Assembly (NCBI GenBank): GCA_026417715.1
Contig: JAOACU010000001.1
Coordinates: 1 to 34,372, forward strand
Source: Anaerolineae bacterium
Lineage (GTDB): Bacteria > Chloroflexota > Anaerolineae > UBA4142
DNA: 34,372 nucleotides
Direction: 5' to 3'
The notes beneath the pieces were generated by a model, which was given only the letters and a program-made list of their open reading frames with translations, had not been told where the DNA came from and searched no databases. This document shows, piece by piece, positions 8,249 through 17,584 of this stretch (position 1 is the first letter of the stretch; each line of letters opens with the position of its first letter). The position numbers and the translations under genes were made by a program.

Positions 8249-8848
8249 TCATCCGTCTTCCGTCCTCCGTCGCAAAACACATTCCGCCAACCGCGTATAC
8301 ACACTTCCCTCTGGCGTCAAATCACTCTTCATCACCGCGACGCGTTCGACGCGCAATTCACCCACATCGCCGATACGCGCTGCTTCGATGAGCGCGCCGA
8401 TGCGTTGGCGTTCGCTGGGCGAGGCGTCGCGTTTGACACGTCCGAGTGTGAGATGCGGTGTGAACGCGCGTTCTTCGCGCGCAAAGCCGAACGTAGCACA
8501 CGCCGCGTCAATGTGTTCGGCAAGACGCGCGGCAACGTCCACTTGTCCGCGCGCGCCAACCCAGATGACGTTGGGTTTGCGCATGTTCGGAAACGCGCCT
8601 GCGCCACCAATTGTCAAGGTGAATGGCGCAAAATCATTGCAGACTTGCGCGATAGCGCGTTCAAGCGCAGGAATGCGCGCGGCGTCCACATCGCCCAAGA
8701 ATTTGAGTGTGATGTGAATGTTTTCTGGAGCCACCCAGCGAATCGCGCGCGCGACTGTGTCGCGTTTGAGCCGCGCTTGGACATCGGCAAGCGCGCGATG
8801 CAACGCGTCGTTCAACTCGATGGCAATAAAAGTGCGGATGGGTTGCAT
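8249..8848 (-). CDS. thpR: RNA 2',3'-cyclic phosphodiesterase (2H phosphoesterase, LigT/ThpR family)
   Basis: Two H-x-T/S-x motifs sit in the expected context (HITLKFLG and HLTLGR), with a typical length of 199 aa. Confidence 0.85.
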   Translation of the reverse strand: MQPIRTFIAIELNDALHRALADVQARLKRDTVARAIRWVAPENIHITLKFLGDVDAARIPALERAIAQVCNDFAPFTLTIGGAGAFPNMRKPNVIWVGARGQVDVAARLAEHIDAACATFGFAREERAFTPHLTLGRVKRDASPSERQRIGALIEAARIGDVGELRVERVAVMKSDLTPEGSVYTRLAECVLRRRTEDG

Positions 8849-8922
8849 AAACCCATTTTACTCCAGATGGGAATGCGCCGCAAATGTAACATCAGAGCGC
8901 GTCGCCGACTCTAGATTCGCAT

Positions 8923-8951
8923 TTGAAAAAAATGCGCACGAGTGTTACAAT
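8923..8951 (+). promoter_or_regulatory. candidate sigma-70-type promoter for the speE-like/metH operon
   Basis: TTGAAA (8923-8928), a 17-nt spacer, then TGt-TACAAT (-10 at 8946-8951, extended TG at 8943-8944). It lies about 40 nt upstream of the GTG start at 8989. Confidence 0.45.
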
Positions 8952-8988
8952 CGGACACAATAAATTTCTAGCCACAAGGAGTTGACCC

Positions 8989-10512
8989 GTGACCTCACAA
9001 CGTAATTGGCTATGGCAACCGAATCTCATCGTTTTTATTTCGAGCGCGTGCATTATGATTTTGGAACTGGTAGCGGGGCGAATGATTGCACCCCACGTCG
9101 GCTCGTCGTTGTACACGTGGACGAGTGTGATTGGTGTAGTACTCGCTGGTATCTCACTAGGCAATTATCTGGGCGGACGCTTGGCAGATCGCTGGGCATC
9201 GTTACGATTCTTGGGCGCAGTGTATCTGCTTGCCGCCATCACCTCATTCTTCATCCTGTGGGTGGATCGCATCGGACGTGTCACGCCGAATGACTGGCCC
9301 ATCGTCGCCGAAATTCTGGTGCTTACAACAGCGATGTTTTTTGTGCCCTGCACGATTCTGGGAATGATTTCGCCAATCGTCGCGAAACTCGCGGTGAGCG
9401 ATTTGGCAACGACGGGAAGCACCGTCGGGAAAATTTACGCCGCCGGCGCGCTGGGCAGTATTGTCGGTACGTTCGCGACTGGCTTTGTATTGATTTCGTG
9501 GTTCGGCACGTACACGATTGTTATCGGCGTCGCGCTCTTGCTTGGCGCGCTCGGCATCGTGTTCCTCTTGGGTGCGCGTTGGCAAGCGGCAGCACTCGCG
9601 CTGCTCGTCATCATTGGTGGCGCGACACTCGCGATCAATCAAGGTTGGAACAAAGGTCCGTGTGCACGTGAGACGAATTACTATTGCATCAAGGTTTACA
9701 ATGACAACGTGGGTGGCGAACCGATTCGATTGCTAGTGCTCGATCACCTTGTCCACAGTTACGTGTCGCTGACCGATCCGACCACGCTCATCTATGGTTA
9801 CGAAAAAATTTACGCCGAGATGGCGCAGTATCGCGCGCGCACCAAGTCGCCGCCCGATGTGTTGATGATTGGCGGCGGTGGCTATACGTTCGCGCGCTAT
9901 ATGAAAGCCGTTTATCCCGAAACGGCAATGCACGTCATCGAGATTGATCCTGGCGTCACCGAATTCGCGTACGCGGAACTTGCACTCAAACCCGAATGGA
10001 ACATTCTCACGTGGAACGAAGACGCGCGCACCTTTTTCGCGCGTCCTCCTTCGCGCAAATACGATTTGATTTTGGGCGATGCGTTCAATCACTATTCCGT
10101 GCCCTATCACCTCACGACCAAAGAATTCAACGAACGCGTGCGCGAGTGGTTGACGGACGATGGCTTGTACGTCGTCAACATCATTGACGGACCATACGGC
10201 GAATTTGTGCGCGCGTACTTTCACACGCTCCGTCAAACGTTCAAGCACGTGTATCTCGTGGTGGGCAATTACGCATGGCGCGAAGTCTCACGCAGTTTCT
10301 TTGTTTTGATTAGCACGGACAAGCCGATGGATTTAGCAACGCTGGCAAGTTGCGATGCGGGTGATGGCGACACGCTCACGATGCGTTTGCTGGCTGGCGA
10401 TGGCGAAATCAATCGCTTGTTGACCGAAGCACCGCTCATCACCTTGACGGATCAGTACGCGCCGGTGGATCAAATGCTGGCGTCAGTGTTCCAAGAGACC
10501 AAACCCAAGTGA
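8989..10512 (+). CDS. membrane-fused spermidine synthase-like (polyamine aminopropyltransferase family) protein
   Basis: The N-terminal ~210 aa form multiple hydrophobic helices. The C-terminal half has class-I methyltransferase/spermidine-synthase-like motifs (VLMIGGGGYTFARY, EIDPGV, ILGDAFN). GTG start, with AAGGAG 7 nt upstream. Confidence 0.78.
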   Translation: MTSQRNWLWQPNLIVFISSACIMILELVAGRMIAPHVGSSLYTWTSVIGVVLAGISLGNYLGGRLADRWASLRFLGAVYLLAAITSFFILWVDRIGRVTPNDWPIVAEILVLTTAMFFVPCTILGMISPIVAKLAVSDLATTGSTVGKIYAAGALGSIVGTFATGFVLISWFGTYTIVIGVALLLGALGIVFLLGARWQAAALALLVIIGGATLAINQGWNKGPCARETNYYCIKVYNDNVGGEPIRLLVLDHLVHSYVSLTDPTTLIYGYEKIYAEMAQYRARTKSPPDVLMIGGGGYTFARYMKAVYPETAMHVIEIDPGVTEFAYAELALKPEWNILTWNEDARTFFARPPSRKYDLILGDAFNHYSVPYHLTTKEFNERVREWLTDDGLYVVNIIDGPYGEFVRAYFHTLRQTFKHVYLVVGNYAWREVSRSFFVLISTDKPMDLATLASCDAGDGDTLTMRLLAGDGEINRLLTEAPLITLTDQYAPVDQMLASVFQETKPK

Positions 10513-10556
10513 TACGCAATACGTGATACGTGATAAGTGATACGTGATATGTGATG
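10509..10556. repeat. tandem heptamer array GTGATAC, about 7 units, filling the whole intergenic gap
   Basis: gtgatac gcaatac gtgatac gtgataa gtgatac gtgatat gtgatga. It contains the TGA stop of the upstream gene and the GTG/ATG start of metH. Confidence 0.9.
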
Positions 10557-13500
10557 AAACGTAAATACACCAATCGTCGCTATTTGGAAGCGTTGCAAGA
10601 ACGCGTGCTCATCTTCGATGGTGCGATGGGCACCAACCTGCAAAAAATGAATTTGACCGCCGAACATTTTGGCGGCGCGCAGTATGTCGGTTGCAACGAT
10701 TATCTGGTCATCACCTATCCCCAAGCCGTCGAGACGGTGCATCGTTCGTTTCTCGATGTGGGCGTGGATGTCATCGAGACGAACACGTTCCGCACAAATC
10801 GAATCACGATGCGCGAGTACGGCTTGCAGGAGCGTGTCGTCGAAATCAATCTGACGGCGGCACAACTCGCGCGTCGTTTGGCGGACGAATACACCACGAA
10901 AACACATCAACCGCGCTTTGTCGCTGGCGCCATCGGACCATCGGGTAAATTGCCTTCGGCGAACGAACCCGATCTTTCGGACATTACGTTCGACGAGTTG
11001 GTGGATGTGTTTCGTGAGCAAGCCGTCGGATTGATTCGCGGTGGGGTGGATGTCGTACTCATCGAAACGGCACAGGATATTCTCGAAGTGCGCGCGGCGA
11101 TTGCGGGGATTCATCAGGCGTTTGAAGAGACGGGAATCTTTTTGCCGATTCAAGCCCAAGTCACGCTCGATACCACAGGTCGGATGTTGCTGGGCACGGA
11201 CATTGAAGCCGCCTTGACGATTCTGGAGGGCTTGGACATTGATGTCATCGGCATCAATTGCTCCACAGGTCCCGAGCATATGCGCGAGCCGATTCGCCTC
11301 TTGGGCGAACAATCGCGCCTGCCGGTGTCGTGCATTCCGAACGCGGGTTTGCCCCTCAACGTGGATGGGCAAGCCGTGTATCCACTCGAACCCGAACCAT
11401 TCGCGAACGATTTGTACGAGTTCGTTGTCAAGCACAAGATTTCGGTGGTGGGAGGATGTTGTGGCACCACACCCGCGCATCTGCAACGCTTGATCGAGAA
11501 ACTCAGAGGTCATCCGCACCCCCCGCGTCCCACCGCTTGGCAACCCAAACTCGCCTCGGCGATGACCGCGCGCGCGATGCGTCAGGACCCGCCACCCACA
11601 CTGATTGGCGAACGTTGCAATGCACAAGGTTCGCGCAAATTCAAACAGTTACTCCTCAAAGAAGATTACGATGCGATTTTAGAGATGGCGCGCGAACAAG
11701 TCGCGAATGGCGCGCACGCGCTCGACGTTTCGACTGCGGTGACAGAACGCCCTGACGAAGCCGAACTGATGCGGCGGGTCGTCAAAAAACTAGCCACCAG
11801 CGTAGACGTGCCGTTGGTGATTGACACCACAGAACCCGACGTGCTCGAGATCGCACTCAAGACGGCGCCGGGACGTTGTCTCATCAATTCGACGCATCTG
11901 GAAGGCGGTCGCGCCAAAGCCGACAAGGTCTTTGCGCTCGCCAAGCAACACAATGCCGCTGTCATCTGCCTCACGATTGACGAACAAGGAATGGCAAAGA
12001 CGCGCGAACGCAAATTGCAAATTGCCGAGCGTTTGCACACCATCGCGGTACACGAGCACGGTTTGCGTCCCTCCGATCTCGTTTTCGACACGTTGACTTT
12101 TACGCTCGCCACAGGCGATCCCGAGTTTGTCAACTCAGCCATCGAAACGCTCGAAGGGATTCGTTTGATCAAGCAACATTTGCCCGGCGTGTTGACCTCG
12201 TTGGGAGTGAGCAATCTGTCGTTTGGTTTGGCGCCGCACGCGCGTCCTGTGCTCAACTCGGTGATGCTTTACCACGCCGTCCAAGCCGGGTTGGATATGG
12301 CGATTGTCAATCCGGCGCATGTGACGCCGTATGCCGATATTCCACCTCACGAACGCGAACTTGCCGAAGACCTGATTTTCAATCGGCGCGCTGACGCGCT
12401 GCAACGTTACATCGAGTACTTTGAAAAAGTGACGCCACAAAGCGTCGAAACGCACGTTGACCCCACCGCGCACCTTTCACCCCAAGAACGTTTGCATTGG
12501 AAAATCGTTCATCGTCACAAAGACGGTGTGGAAGCAGACATTGATGCGGCAATCGCGCAAACCATTCTCACTCAGCCGATTTCCAAACATCAAGCCGCCG
12601 TTCATCTCCTCAACACGGTTCTCCTGCCCGCGATGAAAGAAGTGGGTGACAAATTCGGTGCGGGTGAATTGATTCTGCCGTTTGTTTTGCAATCGGCAGA
12701 GGTGATGAAAAAAGCAGTGGCGCACCTTGAAACGTATCTGGAAAAGCAACAAGGTGTGAGCAAGGGCACGATTGTGTTGGCAACGGTGTACGGCGATGTG
12801 CACGACATTGGCAAAAATCTGGTCAAGACGATTCTGGTCAACAACGGCTACACCGTCATTGATTTGGGCAAGCAAGTGCCCGCCGAAACGATCATCCGTC
12901 AAGCGGTGGAAGCAAACGCTACGGCGATTGGTCTTTCGGCATTGCTGGTTTCCACTTCCAAGCAAATGCCGTTGATTGTGAACGAATTGCATCGTCGTCG
13001 TTTGCATTTTCCGGTGTTGATTGGGGGCGCCGCTATCAATCGTCGTTTTGGTCTGCGCATTTTGCGAACGGATACCAACGAGTACTATGCCCCAGGCGTG
13101 TTCTACTGCAAAGACGCGTTTGAGGGATTGGCAACGCTCGACCGTTTGCTCGATCCGCAACAACGCGAAGAACTACTCGACCATCTCTGGCGCGATGCCG
13201 ATGCCGAATTGAATCGCGCGCGTATCGAGACGCGGCGTGCAAGTACAGTGGCGCGCTCCGATGTTGTCCCTATGCCGTTTTCTCCACCGACACGTTGGGG
13301 TGTGCGCGTGGTGCGCGAAATGCCCCTCGAAATCGTCTTTCAGTATCTTTCGATCAAAGAACTGTATCGCCTGTCGTGGGGCGCGAAAAACGCGCACGGC
13401 GAAGAATGGGAAAAACTCCAACGCGCCTTCGACGAACGTTTGGAGCGAATGAAGCGCGAAGCCCTGCGCGAAGGATGGCTCAAGCCACAAGGAGTGTATG

Positions 13501-14072
13501 GCATTTTCCCGTGTCAGTCTGAGGGTGATGAATTGATTATTTACGATCCTGCTACCATCAACACGGCATCACCCGAAGAACTCACGCGCTTTTCTTTCCC
13601 GCGTCAGCCCGATTGGGAACGTCTGTGTCTTGCCGATTACTTTGCTTCCGTAGATTCGGGCAAGTTCGATGTGGTGGCGTTGCAAGTGGTGACGGTCGGA
13701 CATCAAGCCACCGAACGTTTTGATCGTTTGCAACTGGCAGGCGATTACACCGAAGCATACTTTACGCACGGCTTGGCGGTGCAAACCGCCGAAGCCACCG
13801 CCGAGTATTTGCATCGGCATATTCGTCGTGAACTTGGCATTCCTGAACAGCGAGGTAAACGATACTCGTGGGGCTATCCCGCCATTCCCGATTTAGCGGA
13901 TCATCGCAAGGTGTTTGATCTACTTCCTGCTGAACGCGAACTGGGAATGTCGCTCAGTCCCGCTTTTCAATTGATTCCCGAACAATCCACTGCCGCGATT
14001 ATCGTGCATCATCCCGACGCCAAGTACTACAGTGTAGGTAAATCGCGCGTGGAACAGTTGACCGAAGAGTGA
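10551..14072 (+). CDS. metH: cobalamin-dependent methionine synthase
   Basis: 1173 aa with all four modules: the Hcy-binding domain (GGCCGTTP), the pterin-binding domain, the B12-binding domain with the DxHxxG motif (GDVHDIGKN), and the C-terminal AdoMet activation domain. Confidence 0.95.
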   Translation: MMKRKYTNRRYLEALQERVLIFDGAMGTNLQKMNLTAEHFGGAQYVGCNDYLVITYPQAVETVHRSFLDVGVDVIETNTFRTNRITMREYGLQERVVEINLTAAQLARRLADEYTTKTHQPRFVAGAIGPSGKLPSANEPDLSDITFDELVDVFREQAVGLIRGGVDVVLIETAQDILEVRAAIAGIHQAFEETGIFLPIQAQVTLDTTGRMLLGTDIEAALTILEGLDIDVIGINCSTGPEHMREPIRLLGEQSRLPVSCIPNAGLPLNVDGQAVYPLEPEPFANDLYEFVVKHKISVVGGCCGTTPAHLQRLIEKLRGHPHPPRPTAWQPKLASAMTARAMRQDPPPTLIGERCNAQGSRKFKQLLLKEDYDAILEMAREQVANGAHALDVSTAVTERPDEAELMRRVVKKLATSVDVPLVIDTTEPDVLEIALKTAPGRCLINSTHLEGGRAKADKVFALAKQHNAAVICLTIDEQGMAKTRERKLQIAERLHTIAVHEHGLRPSDLVFDTLTFTLATGDPEFVNSAIETLEGIRLIKQHLPGVLTSLGVSNLSFGLAPHARPVLNSVMLYHAVQAGLDMAIVNPAHVTPYADIPPHERELAEDLIFNRRADALQRYIEYFEKVTPQSVETHVDPTAHLSPQERLHWKIVHRHKDGVEADIDAAIAQTILTQPISKHQAAVHLLNTVLLPAMKEVGDKFGAGELILPFVLQSAEVMKKAVAHLETYLEKQQGVSKGTIVLATVYGDVHDIGKNLVKTILVNNGYTVIDLGKQVPAETIIRQAVEANATAIGLSALLVSTSKQMPLIVNELHRRRLHFPVLIGGAAINRRFGLRILRTDTNEYYAPGVFYCKDAFEGLATLDRLLDPQQREELLDHLWRDADAELNRARIETRRASTVARSDVVPMPFSPPTRWGVRVVREMPLEIVFQYLSIKELYRLSWGAKNAHGEEWEKLQRAFDERLERMKREALREGWLKPQGVYGIFPCQSEGDELIIYDPATINTASPEELTRFSFPRQPDWERLCLADYFASVDSGKFDVVALQVVTVGHQATERFDRLQLAGDYTEAYFTHGLAVQTAEATAEYLHRHIRRELGIPEQRGKRYSWGYPAIPDLADHRKVFDLLPAERELGMSLSPAFQLIPEQSTAAIIVHHPDAKYYSVGKSRVEQLTEE

Positions 14073-15940
14073 TAGATATGACTAACGAATTTCTCACCCA
14101 ACTTGCTTCAACGCCCTTGCTTGCCGATGGAGCAATGGGCACAATGCTACACAGTCGCGGCATCGGTTTCGATGAATGCTTTGACGCGCTCAATCTCACC
14201 AATCCTGTATTGGTGGCAGATATTCATCGTGAGTATATTCACGCTGGAGCACAAATCATTCTCACCAACACGTTTGGTGCGAATCGGTACAAACTTGCCA
14301 AGCATGGTTTGGCGGATCGCGTTGCCGAGATAAATCGCGCGGGCGTAGAACTGGCGCGGCGCGTGGTCGCGGCTTCCTTTCGTCACGTGTGGATCGCGGG
14401 TGATGTGGGACCGCTGGGAATTCGCCTTGCGCCGTTTGGACGCGTTCAGCCCGAAGAAGCGCGACAAGCGTTTCGCGAACAAATCCAAGCCCTCGTCCAC
14501 GCCGGCGCCGACCTGATTGTGATTGAGACGATGACCGATCGCAACGAAGTGGTCGAAGCGATTCGCGTGGCGCGCGAAATCACAACCCTGCCGATTGTCG
14601 CGACGATGACGTTTACGCGCGATGACCGCACCTTGTTCGGCGACGATCCTGCAACAGTGGCGCGCGCGATGCACCAAGCGGGGGCAGATGTGATTGGAGC
14701 GAATTGTTCCGGTGGTCCATCGCAACTATTGCGCATCTTGCGTCAAATGCGCCAAGCCGTGCCCGACGCGCGCTTTTGGATCAAGCCGAACGCCGGCTGG
14801 CCCGAGCAAGTGGGCGACCGTGTGATGTACGCCGCCACGCCCGAATATTTTCGCGACTTTGTGAGTGAATTTCGTCGCGCCGGCGCCAACGTGATGGGTG
14901 GGTGTTGTGGCACAACGCCAGCGCACATCGCGGCGATGCACCAAGCCCTTCAACAAACTTTGCACATCACAGTTGAATCTGTCGAGTCTGCGCCGACGAC
15001 ACCGACCATCGAAACGGGCGCTGAGGCGGCACATCCTTCGCATCTGGCGCGTACACTCGCCGCCAAGAAATTTGCCATCGCGGTCGAACTCGATCCGCCG
15101 CGCAGTCCGGCAACTCAATCGCTGATTGCCGCCGCCGCGTTGCTCCAAGACGCGGGAGCCGATGTGATTGACGTTGCCGATACGCCGATGGCGCGAATGC
15201 GAATGTCGGCGTGGGCAGTCTGCGAAGTGATTCAACGCCAAGTCGGAATTGAAACCACGTTGCATTTTCCCACGCGTGGGCGTAACTTGTTGCGCGTGCA
15301 AGGTGATTTGCTTGCCGCACACGCCGTCGGCATTCGCAACGTGTTCGTGGTGATGGGCGATCCCACCTCCATCGGCGATTATCCCGAAGCCACCGATAAC
15401 TATGACCTTGTGCCTTCGGGCTTGATCAAACTGATCAAACAAGGTTTCAATGTGGGTGTAGATCACGCTGGCATCTCGATTGGACAACCGACGGCGTTCT
15501 TTGTCGGCGCGGCACTCAATCCCTGTTCACCCGAACCGGAAAACGAAATCAAGAACCTGATCCGCAAGTTGAACGCGGGTGCCGATTTCTTTTTGACCCA
15601 ACCAATTTTCGATCCGCAGGCATTGCGCGAATTTTTCGAGCGCTTTGCCGATAAAACCGGGCGTCCCTTGGACCGACCTGTGCTCGTGGGCATCCTACCA
15701 CTGGTCAGCATCAAACACGCCAACTTTTTGCACAACGAAGTGCCGGGGATTGTCATTCCCGAAGCGATACGTCAACGGATGGAACGCGCGGGGGAACAAG
15801 GTGTGCGCGAAGGTGTGCGCATCGCGCTCGAACTCGTCGAACAAATCAAACCTTGGGCAGCGGGGATTTACCTGATGCCCCAATTCAATCGTTACGACCT
15901 CGTGGCGGAAATCATCGAAGCCACGCGTCGGAGAGTGTGA
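14069..15940 (+). CDS. bifunctional homocysteine S-methyltransferase / 5,10-methylenetetrahydrofolate reductase (YitJ-like fusion)
   Basis: The N-terminal Hcy-binding domain has LADGAMGT, NTFGAN and GGCCGTTPAHI. The C-terminal MetF/MTHFR domain has the tail FFLTQPIFD and an NFLHNEVPGI-like region. GTG 14069 overlaps the metH stop. ATG 14078 is an alternative start. Confidence 0.88.
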   Translation: MIDMTNEFLTQLASTPLLADGAMGTMLHSRGIGFDECFDALNLTNPVLVADIHREYIHAGAQIILTNTFGANRYKLAKHGLADRVAEINRAGVELARRVVAASFRHVWIAGDVGPLGIRLAPFGRVQPEEARQAFREQIQALVHAGADLIVIETMTDRNEVVEAIRVAREITTLPIVATMTFTRDDRTLFGDDPATVARAMHQAGADVIGANCSGGPSQLLRILRQMRQAVPDARFWIKPNAGWPEQVGDRVMYAATPEYFRDFVSEFRRAGANVMGGCCGTTPAHIAAMHQALQQTLHITVESVESAPTTPTIETGAEAAHPSHLARTLAAKKFAIAVELDPPRSPATQSLIAAAALLQDAGADVIDVADTPMARMRMSAWAVCEVIQRQVGIETTLHFPTRGRNLLRVQGDLLAAHAVGIRNVFVVMGDPTSIGDYPEATDNYDLVPSGLIKLIKQGFNVGVDHAGISIGQPTAFFVGAALNPCSPEPENEIKNLIRKLNAGADFFLTQPIFDPQALREFFERFADKTGRPLDRPVLVGILPLVSIKHANFLHNEVPGIVIPEAIRQRMERAGEQGVREGVRIALELVEQIKPWAAGIYLMPQFNRYDLVAEIIEATRRRV

Positions 15941-16004
15941 AATCGTACATCAATCTTTTGCATCGTCCTGGTTGGATCACAGGACTGGTGCAAAGCAAAC
16001 AATC

Positions 16005-16027
16005 GCCCCCGAATGCGATTCGGGGGC
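16005..16027 (+). terminator. perfect 10-bp GC-rich hairpin downstream of the met operon (no clear U-tract)
   Basis: gcccccgaat-gcg-attcgggggc. Confidence 0.4.
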
Positions 16028-16140
16028 TAGCGCAGGTGAGAAACCCGATACAATCGGCAGCACCCTTGCTTTGCCCCAGCCGTGAGTTGGATCACCTCTG
16101 CCTTTAGGATTTTGTCAAAGTCACCTCCGTGATTCGATTT

Positions 16141-16244
16141 GTCACGCTGAGCGCAGCGAAGCGTCTCGCAAAGTCCTTTGAGAGATTCTTGCTTCGGCTT
16201 CGCTCAGCACCGCGAAAAACGCGCCTCAGAATGACACCGTCGGC
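16141..16244 (-). repeat. MITE-like repeat, family 2 (GTCATTCTGAGG...GCTGAGCGAAGC type), long copy
   Basis: The reverse complement gccgacGgtgtcattctgaggcgc...gcggtgctgagcgaagcCgaag... matches 32465-32533. There is an internal inverted repeat, gctgagcgcagcgaagc / gcttcggcttcgctcagc. The tracked 67-aa ORF here (..VTLSAAKRL..) is a translation of the repeat. Confidence 0.65.
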
Positions 16245-16328
16245 ATTACTTTTTGATCACCACCCATCACGAATCTGCCACGCGACGGTCAGCGCTCCTT
16301 CGTCGTCCGTCGTTGATTCGGAGGCAAA

Positions 16329-17015
16329 ATGATTGGCGCATTCTTTGACGTGGATGGAACGCTATACACCGCGAATATGTCGCGCGGCTTGGCGCAGTAC
16401 GTTGCCGAGCACGGTGGCAAGTGGCGCGTGCGTTGGTATTGGGTGCGCAACTTGCCCTACTATTACCTGCGCCAACTCGGTTTGATGAGCGAAGAAGATT
16501 TTCGCAAACCCTGGGTGCAGTCGCTGGGATCGCTCATTCGAGGTTGGAGTGTCGAGCAAGGTGACCTCGCGTTTCGATGGATCGCTGAACAGTACATCCA
16601 ACCGACGGCGCAACCCGACGTGATTGCGCGTTTGCGTGAGCACATCGCGCAAGGACATCTCACCTTGCTCGTTTCGGCGATGCTCACACCCACGCTGAAA
16701 ATTCTGGGCGACGCGCTGGGCGTGACCGATGTGATTGGTACGAATGTCGAAGTGATGGATGGACGTTTCACTGGGCGCGTGCTTCCACCGATTTGCACCG
16801 GGTCTGCCAAAGAACGTCTAGTGCGCGAGTGGGTTCACGCGCGCGGCATCGCCCTCGATTGGCACGCGAGTTACGCCTACGCCGATTCGATCAGCGACGT
16901 GAAATTGTTGGAAATGGTCGGACATCCCGTTGCCGTGAATCCTGATTCGATGCTCGCGACACACGCGCGCAACAAGAATTGGGAGATTCTCACGACCACA
17001 CGCGAGGTGCGCTAA
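16329..17015 (+). CDS. HAD-IB family hydrolase (SerB-like phosphatase superfamily)
   Basis: Motif I is FFDVDGTL and a later motif is YADSISDVKLL, with a cap-domain insertion typical of the HAD-IB subfamily. The stop overlaps the ubiX start (TAATG). Confidence 0.82.
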   Translation: MIGAFFDVDGTLYTANMSRGLAQYVAEHGGKWRVRWYWVRNLPYYYLRQLGLMSEEDFRKPWVQSLGSLIRGWSVEQGDLAFRWIAEQYIQPTAQPDVIARLREHIAQGHLTLLVSAMLTPTLKILGDALGVTDVIGTNVEVMDGRFTGRVLPPICTGSAKERLVREWVHARGIALDWHASYAYADSISDVKLLEMVGHPVAVNPDSMLATHARNKNWEILTTTREVR

Positions 17016-17584
17016 TGCCCGATCGAATCGTCGTTGCGATTTCCGGCGCCAGCGGTGTGATTTACGGCATCCGCGCCTTGCAAGTTCTACGCGCGATGCC
17101 GAACATCGAAACGCATCTCATCTTGAGCGCGGCGGCACGTCAAACGATCGTCGCGGAGACCGCGTGGACAGTGAAAGATGTGGAAGCGCTCGCCAACGTG
17201 GTGTACGATGCGCGCAACATCGGCGCGGCAATTGCGAGTGGAAGTTTTGCGACGCGCGCGATGCTGGTGATTCCGTGTAGCATCAAAAGTCTTTCGGCGA
17301 TTGCCAATTCGTATGCGGCAGATTTGATCGCGCGCGCGGCAGATGTGACCCTCAAGGAAGGTCGCCCGCTGGTGCTGGTCGTGCGCGAGACACCGTTGCA
17401 CATCGGACATTTGCGGTTGATGACGCGCGCGGCAGAGATCGGCGCGATCATTTTTCCGCCGGTGCCGGCGTTCTATCGTCGTCCCCACACGTTGGACGAA
17501 ATCATTGACGACACGGTCGGGCGCGTGCTTGCGCGCATCGGCTTGGACAATGATTTGTACGCGCGCTGGAAAGAATCTACGTGA
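17015..17584 (+). CDS. ubiX: flavin prenyltransferase UbiX
   Basis: MPDRIVVAISGASG..YG.R, IPCS.K.L..IA.....LI.RAADV.LKE.R.LVL..RETP are full-length UbiX/Pad1 signatures. The start is the internal ATG at 17015, not the tracked 16979. Confidence 0.9.
   Translation: MPDRIVVAISGASGVIYGIRALQVLRAMPNIETHLILSAAARQTIVAETAWTVKDVEALANVVYDARNIGAAIASGSFATRAMLVIPCSIKSLSAIANSYAADLIARAADVTLKEGRPLVLVVRETPLHIGHLRLMTRAAEIGAIIFPPVPAFYRRPHTLDEIIDDTVGRVLARIGLDNDLYARWKEST

Noticed and set aside
10513-10550. A cobalamin or SAM riboswitch ahead of metH.
   Set aside because: The gap is only 38 nt and consists entirely of the GTGATAC heptamer array, which leaves no room for an aptamer.
10470-11627. 385-aa minus-strand ORF, together with similar long antisense ORFs at 11666..12256, 12477..13163, 14147..14725 and 14726..15487.
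   Set aside because: All lie antisense to the strongly supported metH and Hcy-MT/MTHFR genes and have Arg/His-rich shadow-frame composition.
15941-16328. A possible tRNA or small RNA in the long intergenic region. The regions 18825-18956, 19713-20044 and 32263-32651 were checked too.
   Set aside because: I could find no cloverleaf-compatible T-arm (GGTTCRANYC) or acceptor pairing. The content is explained by hairpins and MITE-like repeats. A proper tRNAscan/Rfam scan was not possible here.
16129-16332. 67-aa ORF in the metF-HAD intergenic region.
   Set aside because: It is encoded almost entirely by the family-2 MITE-like repeat (VTLSAAKRL...). It is a repeat translation, not a gene.
16979-17014. 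The tracked longer start for ubiX (MGDSHDHTRGAL..).
   Set aside because: It overlaps the HAD gene by 37 nt. The internal ATG at 17015 overlaps the HAD stop as TAATG and gives the canonical UbiX N-terminus MPDRIVVAISGASG.
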